The notes under the pieces: model-generated | The model's input: the letters and a program-made list of their open reading frames with translations, nothing else | Database searches by the model: none | Told to the model about the DNA's origin: nothing | Translations under genes and position numbers: made by a program | Origin: Dehalococcoidia bacterium | Lineage (GTDB): Bacteria; Chloroflexota; Dehalococcoidia; UBA2979 | Reading direction: 5' to 3' | Assembly: GCA_019694855.1 (NCBI GenBank) | Contig: JAIBBD010000003.1 | Span: forward strand, 33,264-97,263 | Length of the DNA stretch: 64,000 nt | Part shown: positions 43,287 to 52,729 of the stretch, in pieces | How the letters are laid out: every line of letters begins with the position of its first letter | Numbering within the stretch: the first letter of the stretch is position 1

Positions 43287-43817
43287 ATGTCTGAGAACGC
43301 CGTCTCCTTCATCCTCTCGGTCGCCGCCCTCTGCGCCGTCGGCGGCTCGCTCGCCCTCGCGCTCGGTGTCGCCTCCCCGGGCGCCATCCAGCTGCGTGAC
43401 TTCCTTGAGCGGCGCGGCCAGGTCCTGACCCTCGCTGTTGCCGGCACCGCGATGCTCGGCTCCCTCTACTACTCCGAGGTAGCTCACTTCATTCCCTGCG
43501 AGTTCTGCTGGTACCAGCGCATCGCCATGTACCCGCTCGCCGTGTTGCTGCTCGTCGCCACAGTCACGAGGCAGCAACTGCACCCTCGATACGTCGTCAC
43601 CATGGCCGCCATCGGGATCATGCTGTCGATGTACCACTACCAGCTCGAGCTCTTCCCGGAGCAGGCGTCGAAGTGCACCGCGGGCGTCCCCTGTAGCGTC
43701 CGGTACGTCGAGGAGTTTGGCTTCATCTCCATCGCCTTCATGGCCGGCTGCGGCTTCCTCTCCATCCTCCTGCTCCACCTCGCGATGTATCGCGCCCGGC
43801 ACTACTCCGAGGCGTGA
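43287..43817 (+). CDS. DsbB/BdbC-family disulfide bond formation protein B
   Basis: 176-aa four-TM protein with Cys pairs CEFC and C...C in the loops. Divergent partner of the DsbA gene. Confidence 0.75.
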   Translation: MSENAVSFILSVAALCAVGGSLALALGVASPGAIQLRDFLERRGQVLTLAVAGTAMLGSLYYSEVAHFIPCEFCWYQRIAMYPLAVLLLVATVTRQQLHPRYVVTMAAIGIMLSMYHYQLELFPEQASKCTAGVPCSVRYVEEFGFISIAFMAGCGFLSILLLHLAMYRARHYSEA

Positions 43818-43922
43818 GCCGCTTGCTCGACATGCGCGGTGGGAGTGCACCCATCGTGGGGGCTCCGCGCGCCGCAAACAAGAAGCGAACGGCCCTTCCC
43901 GCCAGTCTCCCCGGCCGTGCCG

Positions 43923-45161
43923 TCACGGTCGCTCGATCGCGTCGTGCACCTTGCAATCGCCCAGGCGTGCGTCGGACACGAACTTCGCCGACACCCATCC
44001 GCCGCCAGCCGCGTTGCGACCGCTGATGCGATACCATCCCGATCCGGCTGTTCCACCCGGCGCGAAGCTCCCCGCCGTCGTCAGGCGGAACTCCTCCGCC
44101 CGCACCTTCGTGAGGTCCCCGAGAAACGCCACTGCCGTCGAGTTCGCGTCGGGCTCCGCGCGCACGTTGAGGCCGTCCCCGTTCGCGCACACGAGGACGT
44201 CGCCCGGCAGGTCCACCATCTGATACCCGAGCTGCTGCGTCCCGAACCAGTACTGCCAGCCGCCGTCCGCCATCCGCCCCGCGTAGACCCGCGCCGACCC
44301 GCCCTCGCCCGCGGGCGCATTGAAGCTCAGGCGCATGATGCCGAGGTCCACCGCGACGCCCGGATCGTCCGTCGTGATGCAGCCGGCGTCGGGACCGCAG
44401 TCCGGGATCGAACGCACCCCGTTCCCCATCGCCTCCGCCACTGCCGCCGCCGCGCCACGGATCTCCGGAGTGAGCACCAGTGGCCGCCGGTACGCCTCAC
44501 CGAGGCGGCCGAACGTGTTGAAGTACTCCTCGCCCGGCCGCAAGAACGCCTCACCACCCCACTGCAGCACCACCCCGATAACGACCCATCGCCCGGCATC
44601 CGCCGCCGCGCAGTCCGCATCGCAGTGCCGCAGTCGAAGCAGGAGCGCCAGTCGCCGGTAACCCGTGGCCTCGTCCAGGCTAATGTTCGTCACCACGAGG
44701 TGGGGGCGGGTCAGGTCGTACCCCACCCTCCATACCTTCGGGCCAGCCATCCCGTACGAATCACGGTCGGTCGCGCGGGTGCGCGTGAGCAGTTGCGAGA
44801 GCTCGGCGCTCGCACGCTCCAGCGGCAGGGTCGTGACGGGCTGCCCCCACTGCGAAAACTCAACCGCCGGCCCGCCTCGCAGCCGAGAGGTCACGGCGCC
44901 GATGTCCCCGCGCCCAAGCGCATCGTCGACGAGGCGCGCGAGGGCCATCACTCCCTCGGTCGTGTTCGCCTCGCCCGTCGCGGGTGTGGCCGTTGTGGTG
45001 CTCGCACCCACGGTCGGGCTGGCGAGTTCCGCCGTCGGACTGACCGTCGCCACGCGTGTCTCGACGGCGGTGGCCTCCGGCTGCCCGCCCCCGCCCGAGC
45101 ACGCGAGCATGGACAGGCCCGCGACTACCGCCAACCACCCGATAATCGAGGAAACCCGCAT
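43923..45161 (-). CDS. Lipoprotein with C-terminal SH3b-like domain
   Basis: Start MRVSSIIGWLAVVAGLSMLACSGGGG (lipobox LAC). C-terminal ...LVCANGDGLNVRAEPDANSTAVAFLGDLTKVRAEE...GWYRI, typical of SH3_3. The track ORF is extended by an Arg-rich artefact. Confidence 0.65.
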   Translation of the reverse strand: MRVSSIIGWLAVVAGLSMLACSGGGGQPEATAVETRVATVSPTAELASPTVGASTTTATPATGEANTTEGVMALARLVDDALGRGDIGAVTSRLRGGPAVEFSQWGQPVTTLPLERASAELSQLLTRTRATDRDSYGMAGPKVWRVGYDLTRPHLVVTNISLDEATGYRRLALLLRLRHCDADCAAADAGRWVVIGVVLQWGGEAFLRPGEEYFNTFGRLGEAYRRPLVLTPEIRGAAAAVAEAMGNGVRSIPDCGPDAGCITTDDPGVAVDLGIMRLSFNAPAGEGGSARVYAGRMADGGWQYWFGTQQLGYQMVDLPGDVLVCANGDGLNVRAEPDANSTAVAFLGDLTKVRAEEFRLTTAGSFAPGGTAGSGWYRISGRNAAGGGWVSAKFVSDARLGDCKVHDAIERP

Positions 45162-45291
45162 GCGTCCGTCTCTGCCGTAACCCCTGCTCGACGGCGCGAG
45201 TGTACGTGACCCGCCGCGAGTTGACCGCCTCGGTCGCTCCCGCCTACGCTCCCCGCACCCAACGGTCCTCACTCCGCGCCTCGGAGGTACC

Positions 45292-46302
45292 GTGACCCGT
45301 ACCCTCCTCCTCCGTCCGCTCGAGGATGTCCTGCCGCTCAACGCCACCCAGGCCGCTGCCCTGCGCGCGGCCGGCGTCGTGAACGTCGCCACGATGTTCG
45401 AGCGTGGCCCGCGCCGCCTCCAGCGGGTGCTGCCGGACGTCGGGCCGGCTCGCCTCGGCGACTGGTACTGCCTGGCGCTCCTCCAGCGCGTCCCCGAGGT
45501 CGAAGCCGCCTTCGCCGCCGCGCTCCTCGCCGCCGGCATACGCACCCTCGCTTCGCTGGCCGCGGCTCCCGCCGACGCGGTCGAGGCGGCACTCGCCGGC
45601 GACGCCACATCGCAGACCCCCACCCGCGACGAGGTCACCGGCTTCCAGGAGGCCGCGAACCGCCTCGCCGCTACCGGGATGGTCGCCGGCCAGGTCGTCT
45701 CGCCCTTCGGCGCGCCGATCGAGGACGCCTCGGTCCGCATCGGTGGCGAGAACACGACCACCAACGCCAGTGGCTGGTTCGCCCTGAACCGCGTCCCGGC
45801 AGGCGTTGCCCGCCTGAACATCGAACTCCCCGGCGGGACCGACCGCGTCACCGGCCGACCAATCGAGGTCGCCGCCGGCCGCTTCGCCCGCCTCGTGCAG
45901 GCCAGAGTGCCCGCCACCCCTCGTCCCCTGGCTGCCACTCGTCGCGACGAGGCAACGGGCAGTCTGGTCGTGTCCAGGGCGGGCCTGACCCGCCACCCTG
46001 TCGACCGCCCGCTGACAGAGTTCCCCGACGGCGCGCCGTTCCTCGTTCGTGAGATCGAGGCGGAGCGCGCCCGCCTGCTCAGCCTGCGCCGCGTCCAGGT
46101 CGGCCGCACCCTCTTGGTCGAACGCGCTCGCGTAGACGCCGCGCGCCTGCCGGCCGGGGCCGCCGTCGACAGCGTCGTACTCCTCCACGCCGGAGCCCTG
46201 GTGCTCGCCTCGCAGACACGAGCGGAGCTCGAGCGCGCGAAACTCGACGCCTGGCGCGCCACCCACCCCGTCACGCGTCGCCGGCGCATCGCAATCCTCT
46301 AA
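45292..46302 (+). CDS. Hypothetical protein with N-terminal helix-hairpin-helix-like (DUF4332-type) repeats and a carboxypeptidase-regulatory-like beta-sandwich
   Basis: Two repeats of the ...A/LRAAGV/IxxL/VA... type, followed by MVAGQVVSPFGAPIEDASVRIGGENTTTNASGWFALNRVPAG. Confidence 0.5.
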   Translation: MTRTLLLRPLEDVLPLNATQAAALRAAGVVNVATMFERGPRRLQRVLPDVGPARLGDWYCLALLQRVPEVEAAFAAALLAAGIRTLASLAAAPADAVEAALAGDATSQTPTRDEVTGFQEAANRLAATGMVAGQVVSPFGAPIEDASVRIGGENTTTNASGWFALNRVPAGVARLNIELPGGTDRVTGRPIEVAAGRFARLVQARVPATPRPLAATRRDEATGSLVVSRAGLTRHPVDRPLTEFPDGAPFLVREIEAERARLLSLRRVQVGRTLLVERARVDAARLPAGAAVDSVVLLHAGALVLASQTRAELERAKLDAWRATHPVTRRRRIAIL

Positions 46303-46315
46303 AGGCGGGTCATCG

Positions 46316-46972
46316 ATGTCAGAGCCCCCCGTCTACGAACTCGTCAACGGCCCCGATCCTTGCGACATCTGCGTATCCATTGCCGGCTTCTACCCCGTCC
46401 CGCCCGACGTCCCCATCCACCTCGGCTGCGAATGCACCGTGCGGACGCTCGATGCCGAGGGCGCCGAAGACGTCACCTACGAGGTGCGCAACGTCGAATG
46501 GGACGAGGAGGAATGGACAGAGGAGGTCCAGGGCGCGATCTCGAACTGCGGCAATCCACAGCAATCGATCGACTTCAGCTGGGGCGCCGAGCAGACAACC
46601 CCCCTCGAGCACTTCGACCCCGGCGTCCAGGCGGAGGCCGAGGCTGCCGGCTGGCAACGCCCCGAACCTCAGGGCATCACCGGGCACGTCGACATCGCCG
46701 CCGACTGCACGCTCGAGTTCACCTTCGTCGCCCGTCATGTCAGCTTCCTCTTCAAAGGCGAACTCTGGCGCGTCCGACTCTCCGAGGACCCCATTGCGGG
46801 CGTCGTCACCGAGGAAGAACAGGTCGACGAGGTAGGCGGCATCTTCGAAGCCATGATCGGCGGCGAACTCAGCGGCTACACCGTCGAGCCCTGCGCCGGC
46901 GAGGACGACTACTTCCAATCCCCCGAGGAATCCCCCTGGATGGAAGACGACCCCCGCGAAATCGAGGTCTGA
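46316..46972 (+). CDS. Acidic hypothetical protein with CxxC...CxC N-terminal motif
   Basis: 218-aa, highly acidic protein with Cys pairs CDIC and CEC near the N-terminus. Confidence 0.5.
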   Translation: MSEPPVYELVNGPDPCDICVSIAGFYPVPPDVPIHLGCECTVRTLDAEGAEDVTYEVRNVEWDEEEWTEEVQGAISNCGNPQQSIDFSWGAEQTTPLEHFDPGVQAEAEAAGWQRPEPQGITGHVDIAADCTLEFTFVARHVSFLFKGELWRVRLSEDPIAGVVTEEEQVDEVGGIFEAMIGGELSGYTVEPCAGEDDYFQSPEESPWMEDDPREIEV

Positions 46973-47171
46973 GAGCAGGCCCCTCACCCGAGCACCGCTC
47001 CGAGGAGCCACCCGTCGCAAGCGCTGGCCGCTCCGACCGCTACCCCGGCCCCAACCTCGCCTCTCCCCGAGGCACACGAGACGCATTGACACCCGCCCCC
47101 GCGGAACGTTAGAAACACGCAGGCGGGCAGCCGCGTGGCCGCCCTACGAGCACAGGCAAAGAGGGGAACCC

Positions 47172-47948
47172 ATGCCAGACCTGCTGTACGAAAAGAAGCA
47201 GAACTACGCGATCTTCACTTACAACCGCCCCGAGCGGCTCAACGCCCTCGGCGGTACCCTCATGGAGGAGCTGCACGTCGCCCTCCAGGACTTCATCGGC
47301 GACCCCGACATGCGCGCCGCCATCGTTACCGGCGCCGGCCGCGCCTTCTCCGCCGGCGCGGACCTCAAGGCGATGGCCGAGCGCAATGCCAGCGGCCAGC
47401 GCCAGATCGCCCTTGGCCACCGCGGCCTTGACCACAGCTTCCCCTGGGTGGACGTCCCGAAGCCCGTCATCGCGGCGGTTAACGGCCTCGCCGTCGGCGG
47501 CGGCATGGAGACCGCCATGTCCTGCGACATCCGCATCGCCTCCACCGATGCCTACTTCGGCCTCTTCGAGGTCAAGCGCGGCATCATGGCCGGCTACGGC
47601 ATCCACCACCTCATGCGGCTCATCCCCGCTTCCCACGCCTACTACACCGTCTTCACCGCGGACCGCATCTCGCCGCAGCAGGCCCTCCAGTGGGGCTTCG
47701 TCACCGAGGTCGTCGAGCCCGACCGCCTGATCCCGCGCGCCGAGGAAATCGCCGCCATGATCGCCGAGAATGCCCCGCTCGCCGAGGCCGGCTCCAAGGC
47801 CATCATGCGGTCGTGGCGCACCTACGGCATCGATGACTCCCTGCAGCTCAACACCTGGGTCAGCAAGGTCGTCATCGACTCCGAGGACGCCAAGGAGGGC
47901 CCCCTCGCCTTCACCGAGAAGCGCGCCCCCGTCTGGAAGGGCCGCTAA
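47172..47948 (+). CDS. Enoyl-CoA hydratase/isomerase family protein
   Basis: Crotonase fold with FSAGADLK. Paralogous to 23052-23870 (shared C-terminus EKRAPVWKGR). Confidence 0.85.
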   Translation: MPDLLYEKKQNYAIFTYNRPERLNALGGTLMEELHVALQDFIGDPDMRAAIVTGAGRAFSAGADLKAMAERNASGQRQIALGHRGLDHSFPWVDVPKPVIAAVNGLAVGGGMETAMSCDIRIASTDAYFGLFEVKRGIMAGYGIHHLMRLIPASHAYYTVFTADRISPQQALQWGFVTEVVEPDRLIPRAEEIAAMIAENAPLAEAGSKAIMRSWRTYGIDDSLQLNTWVSKVVIDSEDAKEGPLAFTEKRAPVWKGR

Positions 47949-47974
47949 GCTCCAACTTCCTTCGAGGTCACGCC

Positions 47975-48010
47975 GAAGCAGCCGAGGCTCACCGCCTCGG
48001 CTGCTTCGTG
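47975..48010 (+). terminator. Hairpin GAAGCAGCCGAGGC-tcacc-GCCTCGGCTGCTTC after the crotonase gene
   Basis: Perfect 14-bp stem with a 5-nt loop, seen directly. Confidence 0.5.
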
Positions 48011-48130
48011 TCCCCCGGCGCCGTTCCTCATCCCCCGTGACTGACCTTCGCCCCTTGGCGGCCTCCAGCCTGCCTGTGCACTCTCGTCGCACGCCCAGCG
48101 CGCCGGCAGCCGCTGAGATCGGAGCACCGA

Positions 48131-48438
48131 TGCCCTACACGACCATCGAGGTGATCAGCTACCACCTCGCCGTCTTTTCCCAGGGAGCCACCATCGCTCT
48201 CTGCGACGCGAAGGGCGCGACCTTCGCCACCGCCTACGTCCGCCCCGAAGCCGAGACGCTGACCGAGAACCACCAGGACGGGACGGGGATGTACCGCCTT
48301 TATTACCACCACTCATCACTGGCGGCGCTCGTCGACATGCTCCGCAACGAACGCCCGGTTTACCTGCACTACTGGTTCGAGGGCGGCGGCAACTGCCACC
48401 TCGCCACCAGCCTCGAACCCGTGGGCGAGGCCGAGTAA
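48131..48438 (+). CDS. Hypothetical 102-aa protein
   Basis: ORF with ATG start, between two crotonase genes. No domain recognised. Confidence 0.45.
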
Positions 48439-48467
48439 CCCGGTCCCGCGACGTCGGTGGGGCCCGC

Positions 48468-49274
48468 CTACCTCCCGAGGTAACGCCCCGCCCGCCGCTC
48501 CGTGAACGCCGCCATCGCCTCGAGGTGGTCCTCGCTCTTGAAGCATGCCACCTCCGCCGCGATCGAGTACGGCAGGATCTCATTCGCGATCAGGCTCAGG
48601 TACCGGTTGATCGCAGTCTTCGTCGACCGCACCGCCATCGGTGCCCCCGCCGACAGCCGCCCCGCCATCGCCACCGCCTCATCGAGGAGCGCTTCGTCCT
48701 CCACCACCCGAAACACCAGTCCGAGGCGATACGCCTCCTCCGCCGGCACCAGCTCGCCCGTCAGCAGGTAGTACCGCGCCTGCTGCAGCCCGGCCAACAG
48801 GGGCCACAACAGCGCCCCGCCATCGCCCGCCGTCACTCCCTGGTTCGACACATGCGTGTCCCCGAAACGCGCACTCGGCGCTGCCAGCACCACATCGCCG
48901 AGCAGCGCCAGCGTCGCACCGACCCCCAGCGCATACCCGCGCACCGCCGTCACCACCGGCTTGTCCAGCCCCACCCAGTCCAGCAGCAGGTTCCGCGCCT
49001 CCACGAGCATCTCGCCGAACATCGCGTCCGCCTCCAGCTCGCCCATGTCCGCTCCCGAGCAGAACGACGTCCCCGCCCCCACGATCACCGCCGCCCGCAC
49101 CTCGTCATCCGCCTGCAGTACCCGAGGCAACAGCGCGATCTCCGTGTGCATCCGTGTCGTCACCGCGTTCAACCGCTGCGGCCGGTTCAGCGTCACGACC
49201 GCGATCCCGTCCTCCCGCCGCTCGACCAGCAAATGCTCGAACTCCTCGTGCCGAAACCGCATCCTGCCAGCCAT
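48468..49274 (-). CDS. Enoyl-CoA hydratase-related (crotonase superfamily) protein
   Basis: Crotonase fold with FCSGADM. Confidence 0.8.
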   Translation of the reverse strand: MAGRMRFRHEEFEHLLVERREDGIAVVTLNRPQRLNAVTTRMHTEIALLPRVLQADDEVRAAVIVGAGTSFCSGADMGELEADAMFGEMLVEARNLLLDWVGLDKPVVTAVRGYALGVGATLALLGDVVLAAPSARFGDTHVSNQGVTAGDGGALLWPLLAGLQQARYYLLTGELVPAEEAYRLGLVFRVVEDEALLDEAVAMAGRLSAGAPMAVRSTKTAINRYLSLIANEILPYSIAAEVACFKSEDHLEAMAAFTERRAGRYLGR

Positions 49275-49451
49275 CCTGGCCTCCCTTCATCGGGTACTGC
49301 CGAGAATGTATCGGACACGCTCGCCCACCGGCCGCGACGACATCCAGGTGACCGTAAGTGGCCGCCCTCCCGTGGAATGGAGCCGGCGCGCCTTCGCCGC
49401 CCCACTCCTCGCCAACCGTTCCCAGGCAGCAACAAACACTCCGAACTCCGA

Positions 49452-49565
49452 CCGCGCGCGCAGCCTGCCGCGTTCGAGGGGGTCAAAGGGGCGAAGCCTC
49501 CTTCGAGGCGGGCGGTCGAGCCTTCCCAGGAACAACAGTCGGCTCCGCGAAGCGGCCGCCCTCAT
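49452..49565 (+). repeat. Structured intergenic repeat family, copy A (degenerate)
   Basis: Shares GTTCGAGGGGGTCAAAGGGGCGAAG...GCGGCCGCCCTC with copies B, C and D. Confidence 0.6.
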
Positions 49566-49687
49566 CGCATCGCGCGCAAAGCGGAGCATCTCCTCTTCTC
49601 CCTGAAGGAGAAGGACCGGGGGAGGAGGAGCGAACGATGCGTCACACCGGACGCCTCGCGCGAGCACACCCTCCACGCTCGGGAACT

Positions 49688-49836
49688 CCCCCGCGCAGGC
49701 GTCAGCCTGCTGCGTTCGAGGGGGTCAAAGGGGCCAAGTCCCCTTTGCGGTGGGCGGGCGGGCCCTCCGAAAAAACACCTGCCGGCAGCGCAGCGGCCGT
49801 CCTCAGCGCGCCGCGCAGCGGCGCGCGTCGGCCTCC
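49688..49836 (+). repeat. Structured intergenic repeat family, copy B (full length), abutting the argG stop codon
   Basis: CCCCGCGCAGGCGTCAGC...GTTCGAGGGGGTCAAAGGGGCCAAGTCCCCTTTG...GGGCGGGCGGGCCCTCCGAAAAAACA...CGCGCCGCgcagCGGCGCGCG. Confidence 0.65.
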
Positions 49837-51081
49837 CTAGTCCTCCCCCACCGTCCCGAGGCGCAACGGATCATCGTCCTTCGCGTCCAGCATCAGCTGC
49901 CGACGCGCCTGCACCTCCACCGGGAGCCCATGCAGCTTGATGAACCCGAGCGCCGCGGACTGATCGAACTGGTCGCCCTCGCTGTACGTCGCCAACGCGT
50001 GGCTGTACAGACTCCGCTCCGACTGCCGCCCGACCGCCGTCGCCGTCCCTCGATGCAGCCGCATCCGCACCTCGCCCGTCACATGCCGCTGCGTCGACTG
50101 CACGTACGCCGCCAGGTCCTGGTGGTGCGCCGTGAACCACAGCCCGTTGTAGATCAGGTCCGCATACTCCTGCGCCACCCGCTCCTTGAAGCGCAGCTGC
50201 AACTTCGTCAGCGTCAGCGCCTCCAGCGATCGATGCGCCTCCAGCAACGTCACGGCCGCCGGCGACTCGTAGATCTCGCGAGACTTAATCCCCACGAGGC
50301 GGTCCTCGACCATATCGATCCGCCCCACCCCGTGCTCACCCGCCAGCGCGTTCAGCCGCTCCACCAGCTCGACCGCACGCAACTCCTCCCCGTCGAGGGC
50401 CACCGGGGCCCCGTGGTCGAATCGGATCGTCACGTACGCCGGCTCCTCCGGCGTCGCCCGCACCGGCTTCGTCCAGGCATACACCTCCTCGGGCGGCTCC
50501 ATCCACGGGTCCTCGAGCATCCCCGCCTCGACCGACCTCCCCCACAGGTTCTCGTCCGTCGAGTACGGCGAAGCCACCGTCTGCTTGATCGGGATCCCGT
50601 GGCGTTCCGCGTACGCGATTGCCTCGTCGCGGTTCATCAGGTTCTCGCGCGCCGTCCCCACCACCTTCAGGTCCGGCCCCAGTGCCCGGATCGACACATC
50701 GAACCGCACCTGGTCGTTGCCCTTGCCCGTGCACCCGTGTGCCACCGCCGTCGCGCCCACCTCGCGCGCCTTGTCAACGAGCAACTTCGCGATCAACGGC
50801 CGTCCGAGGGCCGTCGCGAGCGGGTACGAGCCCTCGTACACCGCACCCGCGCCGAGCGCCGGGTACACGAAGAAACGCAGGAAATCCTCCTTGGCGTCGA
50901 CCACATCCACGGCCAGCGCCCCCGCCTTCAGCCCCCGCTCGCGCGCCGAATCCACATCCGGCAGCCGTCCGAGGTCCACCATCAGGCACACCACCTCGTA
51001 GCCGCGCGCTTCCTGCAGCCACTTCGTAGCCACCGAGGTGTCCAGCCCCCCGGAGTACGCCAGCACGATCGTCTCACCCAT
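49837..51081 (-). CDS. argG: Argininosuccinate synthase
   Basis: Start MGETIVLAYSGGLDTS (ATG 51081; the track ORF starts at GTG 51096). Full ArgG similarity across about 415 aa. Confidence 0.9.
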   Translation of the reverse strand: MGETIVLAYSGGLDTSVATKWLQEARGYEVVCLMVDLGRLPDVDSARERGLKAGALAVDVVDAKEDFLRFFVYPALGAGAVYEGSYPLATALGRPLIAKLLVDKAREVGATAVAHGCTGKGNDQVRFDVSIRALGPDLKVVGTARENLMNRDEAIAYAERHGIPIKQTVASPYSTDENLWGRSVEAGMLEDPWMEPPEEVYAWTKPVRATPEEPAYVTIRFDHGAPVALDGEELRAVELVERLNALAGEHGVGRIDMVEDRLVGIKSREIYESPAAVTLLEAHRSLEALTLTKLQLRFKERVAQEYADLIYNGLWFTAHHQDLAAYVQSTQRHVTGEVRMRLHRGTATAVGRQSERSLYSHALATYSEGDQFDQSAALGFIKLHGLPVEVQARRQLMLDAKDDDPLRLGTVGED

Positions 51082-51217
51082 GACCCGCTCCACCACTCAC
51101 CAAAGCACGAGGGAGTCGCCCGCCACACCGGTCAAACGGCGACGCGCCTGAGTATAAGAGCCCTCGCCGCTACCCTCCTCACGATGTGACCGGGACACGC
51201 CGACCGAAGCCCCCGTT

Positions 51218-51310
51218 CCAGGGCGGACGGGTGGGACCTTCCGAAAAACACTGCCGGCCCACGCAGCGGGCCGTCTCCTCCCGGCCGGCGCAGCCGGCCG
51301 CCCTCCGCCT
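51218..51310 (+). repeat. Structured intergenic repeat family, copy D (3' half only) between argD and argG
   Basis: GGGTGGGACCTTCCGAAAAACACTGCCGGCC...GGCCCacgcagcGGGCC...GGCCGGCGCAGCCGGCCGCCCTCC. Confidence 0.6.
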
Positions 51311-51498
51311 CGCCCGCAACGCGGGAGAGGGGAACTGAGGGGGCGACGGAGCACCCGACCCGGCGCCGACGCAACCGGCATCGAAGACAGACACCCCAAC
51401 GCCGGCCCCGAGCCCCGCCCCGCTTGCGGGGGAGAGTGTGGAGGATCCGAGAAACCGCTGCCGAGCGGGAACGAGGCCTCGGTCGCCCCCCCGAGGTA

Positions 51499-52689
<1,191 letters not shown>

Positions 52690-52729
52690 GGTTCGCTCCT
52701 CTGCATCTGTGCTCGCGGCTCGTTGGAGT

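Noticed and set aside
43839-45209. 456-aa plus-strand ORF
   Set aside because: Antisense to the SH3b lipoprotein gene. Arg/Pro-rich low-complexity product.
49279-49837. Searched for a tRNA gene or ARG-box operator in the arg intergenic regions because of GGTTCGAGGG strings
   Set aside because: No cloverleaf-compatible arms (the T-arm-like GGTTCGA is not followed by a matching acceptor stem). No AT-rich ARG-box-like palindromes found.
49358-49840. Plus-strand ORFs (49358-49840 and 57902-58291) whose products share the peptide FEGVKGAK
   Set aside because: The shared peptide arises from translating the intergenic repeat family. There are no start or RBS features and the sequences are poorly coding. 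Interpreted as non-coding structured repeats.
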